From sequence record KJ019143.1: a stretch of DNA of 64,000 nt; one strand, written 5' to 3'. Made by a program: the position numbers and the translations under genes. Every line of letters starts with the position of its first letter. The first letter of the stretch is position 1. This document shows, piece after piece, positions 47,221-57,342 of the stretch. The notes below the pieces were generated by a model. It saw only the letters and a list, made by a program, of their open reading frames with translations, made no database searches and had not been told where the DNA came from.

Positions 47221-48948
47221 ATGTTGTTGTTTAAGAAACTAAGATGGCAGAACTTCCTATCCACTGGAGACAAGGGTATTGAAGTTGATTTCCTAATGAA
47301 CAATACCAATCTTATCATTGGTAGTAATGGTGCTGGTAAGAGTACCCTTTTGGATGCTCTTACCTTTGTTCTATTCAATAAGCCATTCAGGAAGATCACC
47401 AAACCTCAACTAGTTAATAGTATCACTGAGAAGAGGTGTGTAGTTGAGATTGAGTTTGAAACAAACAATAAGAGTTACTTGGTTCGCCGTGGAATCAAAC
47501 CTAATGTATTTGATATCGTAGTAGATGGGAAACTATTAGACAAGCGTGGTGATGACAGGGATAACCAGAAACTATTAGAAGAGAATATTCTTAAGGTTAA
47601 TTATAAATCATTCACTCAGGTGATTATCCTTGGGGCATCTACCTTCGTCCCCTTTATGCAACTCACTGCCTCCAATCGTAGAGATGTGATTGAGGATCTA
47701 CTAGACATCCGTGTATTTAGTCAGATGTCAGGTATCGTCAAGGATCGTATCAGGCAACTCCGTGAAGATATCAAGATTCTAGATCTCAAGAGGGGATCTC
47801 TTAGAGATAAGTCTGAGATGCAGAAGAACTTTATCAATGAGATTACTAAGAAGGGTGAGAGTAATATTGAATCCAAAGGAGAGAAGATCAAGACTCTATT
47901 GTTTGAGAAGCAAACTCTAGAAACCGAGAACATCACAACTCTAACTAAACTGAAAGAACTTCAGGATGAGTTGGAAGGATTAGAAGACGCTTCTGATAAA
48001 CTACGTAAGTTGGGTAGTCTAAGGGGTAAGATTTCCCAGAAGATTACTACACTCACTAAGGAACACAAGTTCTTCAAAGACAATGCTTCCTGTCCTACCT
48101 GTACTCAGGATATTGATGAAGAGTTTCGTAGTGTCAGACTAAGTGAGTTGGGTGACAAAGCAAAGGAGATGAACAAAGGGTTTAAAGAACTAGAAGATAC
48201 TATTGAACGAGAAGAGAACCGAGAGAATGAGTTTAAGAGTATCTCCAAACAGATTCTAGAACTCAACACCCAGGTAAGTACCAATAATACAAAGAACACC
48301 AGTATCAGTATGAATATTGGTGATCTCGAAAGTGAGATTGGATCTATCAGGCACTCCATTGATAACCAAACAGAGGAGAAAGAGAAACTAGATCGTTTCC
48401 AAGATGACCTGAGTCGAGTATTTGATACTCTCTCCACCAGAAACTCTGAGATGGATAACAATAAGTTTATCTATGAGTTACTAAAAGATGGTGGAGTGAA
48501 GACTAATATCATCCGCAAGTATATTCCCTTCATCAACAAACAGGTGAATAGGTATCTCCAGATGATGGAGTTCTATATTAACTTCGAGTTAGATGAAGAG
48601 TTTAATGAGACTGTAGTATCACCTATTCATGAGAACTTCTCATACTCTTCCTTCTCTGAGGGTGAGAAGATGAGAATTGACTTGGCACTTCTATTCACCT
48701 GGAGAGAAGTTGCTAGGGTTAGAAACTCTGTGAATACAAACCTCCTAATTATGGATGAGGTGTTTGATAGTTCTCTAGATGGTTTTGGAACAGAAGAGTT
48801 CCTCAAAATCATCAGATATGTTGTACAAGATGCTAATGTATTCATTATTAGTCACAAACAAGAACTCCACGAACGTTTCGATAGTGTTCTACGATTTGAA
48901 AAGGATAGAGGGTTCTCCAAACTAACTCTAAATAAAACAAACGATTAA
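47221..48948 (+). CDS. gp46: Recombination ATPase gp46 (Rad50/SbcC-like)
   Basis: GSNGAGKS, coiled coil with CPTC hook, FSEGEK, LIMDEVFD. Confidence 0.96.
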   Translation: MLLFKKLRWQNFLSTGDKGIEVDFLMNNTNLIIGSNGAGKSTLLDALTFVLFNKPFRKITKPQLVNSITEKRCVVEIEFETNNKSYLVRRGIKPNVFDIVVDGKLLDKRGDDRDNQKLLEENILKVNYKSFTQVIILGASTFVPFMQLTASNRRDVIEDLLDIRVFSQMSGIVKDRIRQLREDIKILDLKRGSLRDKSEMQKNFINEITKKGESNIESKGEKIKTLLFEKQTLETENITTLTKLKELQDELEGLEDASDKLRKLGSLRGKISQKITTLTKEHKFFKDNASCPTCTQDIDEEFRSVRLSELGDKAKEMNKGFKELEDTIEREENRENEFKSISKQILELNTQVSTNNTKNTSISMNIGDLESEIGSIRHSIDNQTEEKEKLDRFQDDLSRVFDTLSTRNSEMDNNKFIYELLKDGGVKTNIIRKYIPFINKQVNRYLQMMEFYINFELDEEFNETVVSPIHENFSYSSFSEGEKMRIDLALLFTWREVARVRNSVNTNLLIMDEVFDSSLDGFGTEEFLKIIRYVVQDANVFIISHKQELHERFDSVLRFEKDRGFSKLTLNKTND

Positions 48949-48953
48949 ATCTT

Positions 48954-49082
48954 ATGAAAAGGTTCTTGTTATTTGGTGCTATATTTGCACTAGTTGGGGC
49001 TGGACTATCACATGGTCAGTTCCACCTCTACAACTCTTCTGTTCCACATGTTCATGAAAATGGAGTAATTCATTCACACTAA
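48954..49082 (+). CDS. 42-aa secreted/membrane microprotein with His-rich tail (not in the ORF track)
   Basis: MKRFLLFGAIFALVGAGLSHGQFHLYNSSVPHVHENGVIHSH; fills the gp46-oxygenase gap. Confidence 0.6.
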   Translation: MKRFLLFGAIFALVGAGLSHGQFHLYNSSVPHVHENGVIHSH

Positions 49083-49086
49083 TATT

Positions 49087-49809
49087 ATGCAAGGTCTAGA
49101 TCTAGTTATTGAATACCCAAACGTATTTCCCGATGATCTATGTGATGAGATGATCGAGAGGTTTGAGAAGGATGATAGGAAAAGTAAGGGACATAACGGC
49201 TCCTTTGGACCTGAATTTACAACAGATAAGGTATCAATAGACCTATACTATACAGGACTACCCGAATGGGTTGATATTGATACTAAATCATTTGAGTTAA
49301 TAACACCCTATGTTGCGGAATATGTGAATTTATTGAGTGATAACTTCCACATGAAGGAAACTGCTTTTATAAATGACCAGGGATATCAGATACAGAGAAC
49401 TGATCCTGGTGGTTTCTTTAGTTGGCACTGTGACCATACTTCATATCCAATACTAGACCAACGCCTTATCAATACGCAGGGTGGTGATTCATATTGTATT
49501 CGTGATAGGATAGCTACCTATATCATATACTTAAATGACAGAACTGGACTATCTGATGGAGTTACAGAGTTTGGGTTTGGTGATAACTTGAAGACAGTCA
49601 CTGCAGAAAAAGGAAAACTCATCATGTTTCCTGCTAACATTTTATATCCACATAGGGGAACTACCCTGGAAAATGGAGTAAAATACTTAATGACAGGTTG
49701 GGTAGTCCGTGACGCAGTGATGAGATCTGAAATTTCACCACAAGATTATGAAGAAAGGTTTGAGAGATACGAGAGGATGCCCTACCTCACTCCAGTGGAC
49801 AATCGATAA
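49087..49809 (+). CDS. 2OG-Fe(II) oxygenase (prolyl-hydroxylase-like)
   Basis: WHCD (HxD), YIIYLND, YPHRG, KYLMTGW. Confidence 0.85.
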   Translation: MQGLDLVIEYPNVFPDDLCDEMIERFEKDDRKSKGHNGSFGPEFTTDKVSIDLYYTGLPEWVDIDTKSFELITPYVAEYVNLLSDNFHMKETAFINDQGYQIQRTDPGGFFSWHCDHTSYPILDQRLINTQGGDSYCIRDRIATYIIYLNDRTGLSDGVTEFGFGDNLKTVTAEKGKLIMFPANILYPHRGTTLENGVKYLMTGWVVRDAVMRSEISPQDYEERFERYERMPYLTPVDNR

Positions 49810-49853
49810 ACTGTCCACCCCCACCAGTCATGGGGGTTTTTCTATGCCATAAT
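49795..49853 (+). promoter_or_regulatory. Palindrome + hairpin + extended -10 promoter
   Basis: gtggaca-N10-tgtccac; accccca/tgggggt stem with T run; TGcCATAAT at 49845-49853. Confidence 0.65.
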
Positions 49854-49877
49854 AGGTTCATACCAAGGGAAACACCT

Positions 49878-52022
49878 ATGATCAACCTAGAAGTCAAAGG
49901 ACAACTAGCGAAGCTCCTAGCAACTGAGGATCTTATTGTGGAACACCGCAATGTAGATACCGCTATGTTCAATGTAGATACTCGTGTCCTGACTCTTCCT
50001 AGGTGGGAAAAGGCAAGTAATACTGTATTTGATCTTCTAATCTCACATGAGGTTGGCCACGCTCTCTTCACTCCCAATGAAGACTGGACTAGTAAGGTAT
50101 CTTGTCCAAAGATGTTTGTGAATGTAACTGAAGATGCTCGTATTGAGTCTCTGATGAAGCGTAGGTTTGGTGGACTACCCAAGACTTTCTATAACGGATA
50201 TAAAGAGTTATACAATGAAGACTTCTTTGGTATTGGTGATGAAGATCCATCTGGTATGCAGATCGCAGATAGGGTAAACCTACACTTCAAAGTTGGCAAC
50301 TTTATCAAGATCCCCTTCACTAAAGAGGAACAGGTTGTTGTTGATCAGATTGCTAGTGCAAAGACTTTCAAAGACGCATTAGAATCCGCTGAAGCGTTAT
50401 ACGCCCTTCATAAAATAGAGAAAGAAGAGAAGGAGAAAGAGGTGGTGGCACCAATATCAGGTGATGATGGTGGCGGTGAATCTGATCAAGAAGATACAGA
50501 TGGTGAGGAAGAAACAATCCAAACAGAAACTGATAGTGGGGTTGAGGGTGGAGATAATACTGATGATGAACCAGGAGATTCTGAATCTAATACAGAAGAC
50601 ACAGTAGATAGTTCTGGTGGTGGAGATCAGAGTGATATAGATGATGACATAGTGAAGACTATGGAGAATGTGGAGGATAAACTAAAAGATCTAACCAACC
50701 CAAACCTCAGTGGTGAACCAATATATCTTACCCACCCTAAGATTGATTTGGATAAAGTTGTTATTTCCAATGAAACAGTTCACGAACGCATTGCCAGACA
50801 CTGGAATATTCGTTTGTCACTACTCAAAACTGAGGATGAATCGAAACTAAAGGAAGTTGAATACTTTATCCATAGGGATTATGGTAGACATGAAGAAAGT
50901 TTCAGGAAGTTTAGGAAAGATATTCAACCTGAAGTTAACTATATGGTGAAAGAGTTTGAGTGTAAGAAGTCCGCAGATGCATACTCACGAGCAACAGTTT
51001 CTAAGACTGGTGTTCTGGATTGCACCAAACTACATACTTATAGATACAATGAAGATCTGTTCAGGAAAGTTACCACTCTCCCTGAAGGTAAGAACCATGG
51101 TTTGATATTTGTTCTTGACTGGAGTGGTTCCATGTGTGAGGTTCTTTCCAACACTGTGAAGCAACTCCTATCACTGGTTATGTTCTGTGATAAAGTTGGT
51201 ATTCCTTTTGATGTGTATACCTTCACCAATGACTACAACAAATATGATCCATATGCTCCCAGAGAACTTGGGGAGGTGAATACCTTTGATCTAGGTGGCA
51301 ATTTCAATATGGTGAATATTCTAACCAGTAAGGTTAACCGTAAGACTCTAACCAAACAGATGGAGAGAATCTATATGATTGCCGAAATGTTTACCTATGG
51401 TAACTATGGATGTGTTCCTGATTGTATGTGCCTCTCAGGAACTCCCCTGAATGAAGCTATCCTTACTCTTCACTCAATTCTCCCTAAGTTTCAGAGTGAA
51501 AACAATGTTCAGAAAACACATACTATCATTCTTACTGATGGTGAAGCGGGTGGTTCTAGATGTGTAAAGGAAAATAACCAGGAAGGTGGACGTGGTAAGT
51601 ATGTTAGTCGTTTTGTTGGTAACCATACTTACCTCCGTAATAGGAAAACAGGTGTAACTCGTAAGATTGAAACCTTTGGTGTTACTAAAGACCTATTAGA
51701 AGATCTCCGTGAAACCTTCCCCCACAGCACTTTCACCGGGTTTCGTATTCTAGAAATTGGTGGTAGTTGGTTTGTTCGTCAGGCTGTTGGTTATGATCAA
51801 CAGAAACTAACAGAATGGAAAAAGAACAAATCAATTTGTTTAGAAAACCAAGGTTATAATAAATACTTTGTTATACAATCAAACAAACTCAAGTATGATA
51901 CTGAGTTTGATGTTGATGAAGGAGCTACAAAGGCGAAGATCAAATCCTCATTCGCCAAGTCCCTTAAAGGGAAGAAGAACAACAAACGTATCCTAGGTGA
52001 TTTTATTGGAATGATCGCCTGA
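49878..52022 (+). CDS. Metallopeptidase-like (HExxH) plus VWA domain protein, CobT-like partner of CobS
   Basis: SHEVGH, NVTEDARIE, acidic linker, MIDAS DWSGS, LSGTPL, LTDGE. Start moved to MINLEVK (49878) because the track start overlaps the promoter. Confidence 0.8.
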   Translation: MINLEVKGQLAKLLATEDLIVEHRNVDTAMFNVDTRVLTLPRWEKASNTVFDLLISHEVGHALFTPNEDWTSKVSCPKMFVNVTEDARIESLMKRRFGGLPKTFYNGYKELYNEDFFGIGDEDPSGMQIADRVNLHFKVGNFIKIPFTKEEQVVVDQIASAKTFKDALESAEALYALHKIEKEEKEKEVVAPISGDDGGGESDQEDTDGEEETIQTETDSGVEGGDNTDDEPGDSESNTEDTVDSSGGGDQSDIDDDIVKTMENVEDKLKDLTNPNLSGEPIYLTHPKIDLDKVVISNETVHERIARHWNIRLSLLKTEDESKLKEVEYFIHRDYGRHEESFRKFRKDIQPEVNYMVKEFECKKSADAYSRATVSKTGVLDCTKLHTYRYNEDLFRKVTTLPEGKNHGLIFVLDWSGSMCEVLSNTVKQLLSLVMFCDKVGIPFDVYTFTNDYNKYDPYAPRELGEVNTFDLGGNFNMVNILTSKVNRKTLTKQMERIYMIAEMFTYGNYGCVPDCMCLSGTPLNEAILTLHSILPKFQSENNVQKTHTIILTDGEAGGSRCVKENNQEGGRGKYVSRFVGNHTYLRNRKTGVTRKIETFGVTKDLLEDLRETFPHSTFTGFRILEIGGSWFVRQAVGYDQQKLTEWKKNKSICLENQGYNKYFVIQSNKLKYDTEFDVDEGATKAKIKSSFAKSLKGKKNNKRILGDFIGMIA

Positions 52023-52082
52023 TGTGACACTCCACAAACTGGCACAATGGGGGGTTGCAGGAATCCCCTTCCCGTGTATAAT
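52023..52082 (+). promoter_or_regulatory. Palindrome + hairpin + sigma70 promoter
   Basis: tgtgaca-N10-tggcaca; TTGCAG within a gggggtt/aatcccc stem; TATAAT at 52077-52082. Confidence 0.65.
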
Positions 52083-52115
52083 AGTTGTATACCAAACAAG
52101 GAAACCACAAACTCA

Positions 52116-53249
52116 ATGGCCCGACTCGCTATGACAACTGATCAAATTGTTGAGAAACTGAAAGAGACCTATGGTGAGAACGTAACTACAGCTGAACTCA
52201 AAGCCTTCTGTGCTATGAATGATTGTGGTTACCCTACAGTCACTCGTCGATTGGAAGAATATAAGTCTGGTCGTGGTCGTTGGAATCTAACCCTAAACGA
52301 GAAGTTGGAACAAACCTATCAAGGACCATCCGGTGTCCCTGCTGTTATGGATATTTCAGAAACAAACCTTGTTCCAGACAAAGATAGTAACTTTGTTTCA
52401 TTCGGTAACTTCACTGATTTGAAACAAGTCATCAAGTCTGGTATCTTCTATCCTACCTTTATCACTGGTTTATCTGGTAACGGAAAAACCTTTGGTGTAG
52501 AACAAGCTTGTGCTCAACTTGGTAGGGAACTGATTCGAGTAAATATTACAATTGAAACCGATGAAGACGATCTTATTGGTGGTTTCCGTCTCATTGATGG
52601 TGCTACTGTTTGGCATAATGGTCCAGTCATCGAGGCTCTGGAACGGGGAGCTGTTCTTCTTCTAGATGAGATTGATCTGGCTTCTAACAAGATTCTTTGT
52701 CTTCAATCTATCCTAGAAGGTAAGGGAGTATTCCTCAAGAAGATTGGTAAGTTTGTGAGACCTACCAATGGGTTCAACGTGATTGCAACCGCAAACACAA
52801 AAGGTAAGGGTTCTGACGATGGTAGGTTTATTGGAACTAATGTTCTGAATGAAGCATTCCTAGAACGTTTCCCTGTAACCTTTGAGCAGGAATATCCAGT
52901 AGCATCAGTAGAAACCAAACTCCTGAAGAAGTACGCTTCTTCATTGGGTATCGTAGATGATAAGTTTTGTAAGTATCTGGCAGACTGGGGTGATATTATC
53001 CGTAAAACATTCTATGATGGTGGTGTAGATGAGGTTATCTCCACACGACGTTTGGTTCACATCCTTAGGGCATATAGTATCTTTGATGACAAATCAAAGG
53101 CAGTTGCTATCTGTCTAAACAGGTTTGATGATGAAACCAAACAAGCCTTTATGGATCTTTACGACAAGATTGACAACGAAGTCACCTTTCAATTTGGTGA
53201 AGGTACAGATAACGTTCAGTACTCTGAAACACCAGATACAAACTTCTAA
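52116..53249 (+). CDS. cobS: CobS-like MoxR-family AAA+ ATPase
   Basis: Walker A GLSGNGKT, Walker B LLLDEID, ATANTKG, AFLERF, STRRL. Start placed at MARL (52116), downstream of the promoter. Confidence 0.85.
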   Translation: MARLAMTTDQIVEKLKETYGENVTTAELKAFCAMNDCGYPTVTRRLEEYKSGRGRWNLTLNEKLEQTYQGPSGVPAVMDISETNLVPDKDSNFVSFGNFTDLKQVIKSGIFYPTFITGLSGNGKTFGVEQACAQLGRELIRVNITIETDEDDLIGGFRLIDGATVWHNGPVIEALERGAVLLLDEIDLASNKILCLQSILEGKGVFLKKIGKFVRPTNGFNVIATANTKGKGSDDGRFIGTNVLNEAFLERFPVTFEQEYPVASVETKLLKKYASSLGIVDDKFCKYLADWGDIIRKTFYDGGVDEVISTRRLVHILRAYSIFDDKSKAVAICLNRFDDETKQAFMDLYDKIDNEVTFQFGEGTDNVQYSETPDTNF

Positions 53250-53690
53250 ATGATTTATCCTACTATGAACTCCTGGTCTATGTTATTCGATGAAATTGGT
53301 GAAATCCATTTTGATGACTCCGAATACACTGAAGACGTTATTATTCAACCCAACACTATGAAAGAAACAACTAAAGACGAAACATTTTGGAGGTATGATG
53401 AGGGTAAAATTCTCCGTGAAGTAGAAGCTTACCTCTCAAGTACATACAAAGGTCACTACGTTGGTGGTGAAACCAAGATTCAAACACTAGACCTTATTGA
53501 TTCCATTGGTGACTCTGAGTCATTTTGTAGATCTAACGCAATCAAATACCTCTCTAGGTTTGGGAAGAAGGAGGGTAAAAACCAGAAGGATCTCCTAAAG
53601 GTTATTCACTATGCCATCCTCCTTTACCACTTCGCAGGACTACCCTTCACAGAAGATGCTGTGGAAACTCACTCGCCTACTGGGCGTTAA
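53250..53690 (+). CDS. Conserved hypothetical protein (DUF3310-like)
   Basis: TYKGHY, FCRSNAIKYLSRFGKK, DLLKVIHY. Confidence 0.7.
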   Translation: MIYPTMNSWSMLFDEIGEIHFDDSEYTEDVIIQPNTMKETTKDETFWRYDEGKILREVEAYLSSTYKGHYVGGETKIQTLDLIDSIGDSESFCRSNAIKYLSRFGKKEGKNQKDLLKVIHYAILLYHFAGLPFTEDAVETHSPTGR

Positions 53691-53700
53691 CCCATATCTG

Positions 53701-53709
53701 TGTTATAAT
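53701..53709 (+). promoter_or_regulatory. Extended -10 promoter for gp45
   Basis: TGtTATAAT upstream of the ATG at 53747. Confidence 0.65.
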
Positions 53710-53746
53710 ACACAGGAAACCATCTCATCCTTTATCTTTTATATTA

Positions 53747-54415
53747 ATGAAACTATCTGACGAAACTATTGCAGTGTTGAAGAACTTCTCTTCTATCAAC
53801 CAGAGTATTATTGTGGGTGAGGGTAACACCTTAAGAACTATCTCAGTGATGAAGAACATCCTTGCTGAGGCAAAAGTCTCTGAGAACTTTGAGAAGTCCT
53901 TTGCTATCTACGACCTCAATGAGTTTCTAAATGGTTTATCACTTCATGACAACTACGCATTGGATTTCACCAATGACACATTCGTTGTTATCCGTGAAGG
54001 TCGTCGCCGTGTGAACTATCACTTCGCAGACCCTGAAGTTATTGTTGCTCCACCTGATAAGCAACTCCAACTTCCCTCTGAGGATGTATGTTTCCAATTG
54101 GATCACAGCCAACTCCTACAACTAGTGAAAGCTGCTTCTATCTACAAACTCCCTGATCTATCTGTTGTTGGTGAGAATGGTACTATCTCCCTAGTTGTTC
54201 GTGATAAGAAGAACGACTCATCTAACGTGTATTCTGTGGATGTTGGTGAGACTACCGATGACTTCACCTTCAACTTCAAGGTTGAGAATACTAACAAGAT
54301 TCTCGCTGGTAACTACGATGTGGTTATCTCCCAGAAACTACTCGCCAAGTTCACTGGACAGAAGAACAATGTTGAGTATTTTATCGCTTTAGAACCAGAC
54401 AGCACCTTTGGGTGA
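53747..54415 (+). CDS. gp45: Sliding clamp gp45
   Basis: MKLSDETIAVLKNFSSINQSI, FAIYDLNEFL, GNYDV, YFIALEPDS. Confidence 0.95.
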   Translation: MKLSDETIAVLKNFSSINQSIIVGEGNTLRTISVMKNILAEAKVSENFEKSFAIYDLNEFLNGLSLHDNYALDFTNDTFVVIREGRRRVNYHFADPEVIVAPPDKQLQLPSEDVCFQLDHSQLLQLVKAASIYKLPDLSVVGENGTISLVVRDKKNDSSNVYSVDVGETTDDFTFNFKVENTNKILAGNYDVVISQKLLAKFTGQKNNVEYFIALEPDSTFG

Positions 54416-54421
54416 TATTAT

Positions 54422-54446
54422 GGGAGGGTAACACCTCCCTTTTTTT
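54422..54446 (+). terminator. Intrinsic terminator after gp45
   Basis: gggagg-gtaaca-cctccc followed by T7. Confidence 0.8.
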
Positions 54447-54974
54447 ATGAACATATTCGTTACAGATCACTCACCCTATGCTAGTGCAGTTGTATTACCT
54501 GACCGCCATGTAAATAAAATGGGTTTAGAAGCATGTCAGATGGTGGCTATCATCTACTCTCACTGGTATTACAACTGGGGTGAGATACACAAAGCGAACG
54601 GAGAACCATACTCTACTGAGAAGGGGGCGTTTCGCAACCACCCCTGCACCAAGTGGGCAGCAGAGAGTATGTACAACACAGCCTGGTTGATCGCTCATGG
54701 TCTAGCACTCTGTACTGAATACACTGCTAGGTATGGTAAGGTCCACTCTTGTGCTAAGACCTTGTTTGAAGCCAAGAAGATGTTCCATAGATACACTGGT
54801 GAGACCATCCTATGTTACAATATGGTGGAGGACTTCACCCGTGCCATGCCTGATGAGTTCAAGCTTGACACTGGTATCTCTACCTTTGATGCGTATAAGA
54901 TGTATATTTCATCCAAACCTTGGGTGAAAGACAACTATCTCCGCAAACCTGAACGCAAACCCTCTTGGGTTTGA
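54447..54974 (+). CDS. denV: Pyrimidine-dimer DNA glycosylase (DenV/Pyr_excise-like)
   Basis: MNIFVTD.SP..SA..LPDRHVNKM.LE.CQM, NHPCTKW, KPERKPSWV. Confidence 0.75.
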   Translation: MNIFVTDHSPYASAVVLPDRHVNKMGLEACQMVAIIYSHWYYNWGEIHKANGEPYSTEKGAFRNHPCTKWAAESMYNTAWLIAHGLALCTEYTARYGKVHSCAKTLFEAKKMFHRYTGETILCYNMVEDFTRAMPDEFKLDTGISTFDAYKMYISSKPWVKDNYLRKPERKPSWV

Positions 54975-54995
54975 TTACTTTATTATCTTTTTATT

Positions 54996-55946
54996 ATGAA
55001 CGAACGCACTGATTTCCTATGGACAGAGAAATACCGCCCACAGGTTATTGATGATTGTATTCTCCCCGATCACGTAAAGAATACATTCAAGGAGTTTGTT
55101 GCTAAGGGTGAGATCCCTAACCTCTTGTTATCTGGTCCTCCTGGTATTGGTAAGACCACAATTGCCAAAGCTCTTTGTAATGAGATTGGTGCCGACTACT
55201 ATGTAATCAATGGATCCGATGAGGGAAGATTCCTTGATACAGTCCGTAACCAAGCAAAGAACTTTGCTTCCACAATGTCCCTTACCTCGGAAGCAAAACA
55301 CAAGGTCATCATTATCGATGAGGCAGATAACACAGGTAGTGATGTTCAGATGTTGCTTCGTGCAAACATCGAAGCATTCTACAAGAACTGTCGTTTCATC
55401 TTTACCTGCAACTATAAGAACAAGATCATTGAACCCCTCCACAGTAGGTGTGCAGTGGTTGAGTTCTCCGCTAAGGGTAAGGATAGACAACAGATCGCCG
55501 CGTCCTTCTTCCAGAGACTCTCTGGTATCTTAGAAAAGGAACATGTAGAGGCTGACAAGAAGGTTCTGGTAGAACTAGTTCAGAAACACTTCCCTGACTT
55601 CAGGAGGGTTCTAAATGAGGTTCAGAGGTATTCCAGTAGTGGTAAGATCGACTCTGGTATCCTAGCAACCTTCTCTGAAGTTAAGGTAGAGGACCTTATC
55701 AAACACCTTCGTGAGAAGAACTTTGTTGAAGTCCGTAAGTGGGTTGTTGCTAACTTAGATAACGATACTAATAGTATCCTCCGTAAGTTATACGACACCC
55801 TATCTACACAACTAAAAGGTCCTTCTATCGCTGCTGCTGTATTGGTTATCGCCAAGTATCAGTATCAGGGAGCCTTTGTAGCTGACCAGGAGATCAACCT
55901 CCTAGCAGCTCTAACCGAAATTATGATTGAATGTGAGTTTTCCTAA
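54996..55946 (+). CDS. gp44: Clamp loader large subunit gp44
   Basis: WTEKYRP, GPPGIGKT, IIDEAD, LHSRC, FPDFRR. Confidence 0.96.
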   Translation: MNERTDFLWTEKYRPQVIDDCILPDHVKNTFKEFVAKGEIPNLLLSGPPGIGKTTIAKALCNEIGADYYVINGSDEGRFLDTVRNQAKNFASTMSLTSEAKHKVIIIDEADNTGSDVQMLLRANIEAFYKNCRFIFTCNYKNKIIEPLHSRCAVVEFSAKGKDRQQIAASFFQRLSGILEKEHVEADKKVLVELVQKHFPDFRRVLNEVQRYSSSGKIDSGILATFSEVKVEDLIKHLREKNFVEVRKWVVANLDNDTNSILRKLYDTLSTQLKGPSIAAAVLVIAKYQYQGAFVADQEINLLAALTEIMIECEFS

Positions 55947-55948
55947 TT

Positions 55949-56239
55949 ATGAATGTCAAACTAATCCGTATGAACTCTGGCGAAGATGTTATCGCCGACC
56001 TCATCAGTGAGACTGATGATACACTAGTTCTATCCAACCCTATTGTTTTAGTTCCTGGTCAAGGTGGAACACTAGGTTTCGCACCATGGTCACCAGTTAT
56101 CTCCCCAGATGTTAAAGAGATTACTATTCGGGCTAACTATGTTGTATTCATGAGTGAGCCAAATGAGGATGTAGTGGATAACTACAACCAAATCTTTTCC
56201 CCCATTGTCACACCAAGCAGTAAAGGATTAATCTTATGA
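55949..56239 (+). CDS. Hypothetical protein, Sm-like fold candidate
   Basis: VKLIRMNSGEDVIA...NP...FAPW. Confidence 0.65.
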   Translation: MNVKLIRMNSGEDVIADLISETDDTLVLSNPIVLVPGQGGTLGFAPWSPVISPDVKEITIRANYVVFMSEPNEDVVDNYNQIFSPIVTPSSKGLIL

Positions 56240-56478
56240 TGGATACAGTTGTACTCTATACAAACAACGGTCAGGAGTCGGAGAGAATCCAACAACTACT
56301 GACTAGTGTAGGTGGTGAGTTTCATATCTATACCTTAGATCAAGACTTCACACAGGACCAATTCCGTAAGGAGTTTGGTGTATCTGCGGAATACCCACAG
56401 GTCGCCATAGGTTATAATCATATTGGGGGTCTCAAGGAAACCCTACATTATCTAACGGACGAAGGACTTATTAAATGA
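56236..56478 (+). CDS. Glutaredoxin-like small protein lacking CxxC
   Basis: VVLYT...FG..AEYPQVAIGYNHIGG (Grx cis-Pro and GG motifs). Confidence 0.65.
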   Translation: MMDTVVLYTNNGQESERIQQLLTSVGGEFHIYTLDQDFTQDQFRKEFGVSAEYPQVAIGYNHIGGLKETLHYLTDEGLIK

Positions 56479-56885
56479 CCCTGGAACTCAAAGACTGGTT
56501 GAATAGTTTAAACATGAGTAAGGAAGACCTTATTGATGGAGATCCTGATGTGGAGAAAGAGTATCCACCATTCATTGTCAATAAGTGTATGTCTGGTCAG
56601 ATGGACGCACTTATGTTTGCTAATGAGATGAATAAGTTCCCCTCACTAGATAAAAAGTTACAATATGATTTTTATCTAAATAGTTTGCGGAAGAGAAAGC
56701 GTTTCTCTCCTTGGTTAAGGAAGGATAAGATTAAACACCTTGAGACCGTTCGTAAGTTTTATGGCTTTTCCACTGAAAAAGCAGAACAAGCTTTGAATAT
56801 TTTATCCAATGAACAACTTGACTTTATCTATGATAAGCTTGACACTGGGGGAACCAAACCATGCAAACGGACGAAAGGGGGGTAG
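56475..56885 (+). CDS. gp62: Clamp loader small subunit gp62
   Basis: ELKDWLNS, YPPFIVNKCMS, LQYDFYLNSLRKRKRFSPW. Confidence 0.93.
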   Translation: MTLELKDWLNSLNMSKEDLIDGDPDVEKEYPPFIVNKCMSGQMDALMFANEMNKFPSLDKKLQYDFYLNSLRKRKRFSPWLRKDKIKHLETVRKFYGFSTEKAEQALNILSNEQLDFIYDKLDTGGTKPCKRTKGG

Positions 56886-57289
56886 TATCTTGGGACCCCT
56901 CATATATGATAGAAGTATTTTTGTCAGAACCTGACGACTTCCTAAAGGTACGAGAAACTCTTACTCGTATTGGTGTGGCATCTCGCAAAGAAAAGAAGAT
57001 ATACCAGTCTTGTCATATTCTACATAAACAGGGAAGATACTTTATAGTTCATTTTAAGGAACTCTTTGCCCTTGATGGTAAGCATACTACAATTACCTTG
57101 AATGATATACAGAGACGCAATCGTATTGTTAAACTACTATCCGATTGGAACTTGATTGAAGTTTCAGATAGTATCGATATTACAGATGTTGCCCCTCTGA
57201 ATCAAATAAAGGTTCTCTCATATAAAGAAAAGGAAGACTGGATACTAGAACCGAAATATAACATTGGAAGTGTGAAACGTTCAGAATAA
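56861..57289 (+). CDS. regA: Translational repressor RegA
   Basis: PDDFLKVRETLTRIGVAS, QSCHILHKQGRYFIVHFKELF, KYNIG. Confidence 0.97.
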   Translation: MQTDERGVVSWDPSYMIEVFLSEPDDFLKVRETLTRIGVASRKEKKIYQSCHILHKQGRYFIVHFKELFALDGKHTTITLNDIQRRNRIVKLLSDWNLIEVSDSIDITDVAPLNQIKVLSYKEKEDWILEPKYNIGSVKRSE

Positions 57290-57294
57290 CAGGG

Positions 57295-57321
57295 AGGGGG
57301 GGTATCCACACCCCCTTTTTT
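57295..57321 (+). terminator. Intrinsic terminator after regA
   Basis: gggggt-atccac-accccc followed by a T run. Confidence 0.75.
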
Positions 57322-57342
57322 GTGCTTTTTTGTAATTTGGGC

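Noticed and set aside
49830-49877. N-terminal extension of the peptidase-VWA ORF given in the track
   Set aside because: It overlaps the hairpin and -10 box. ATG 49878 has an AAGGGA RBS and fits better.
52047-52115. N-terminal extension of CobS given in the track
   Set aside because: It overlaps the promoter. ATG 52116 lies downstream of the predicted TSS and of AAGGA.
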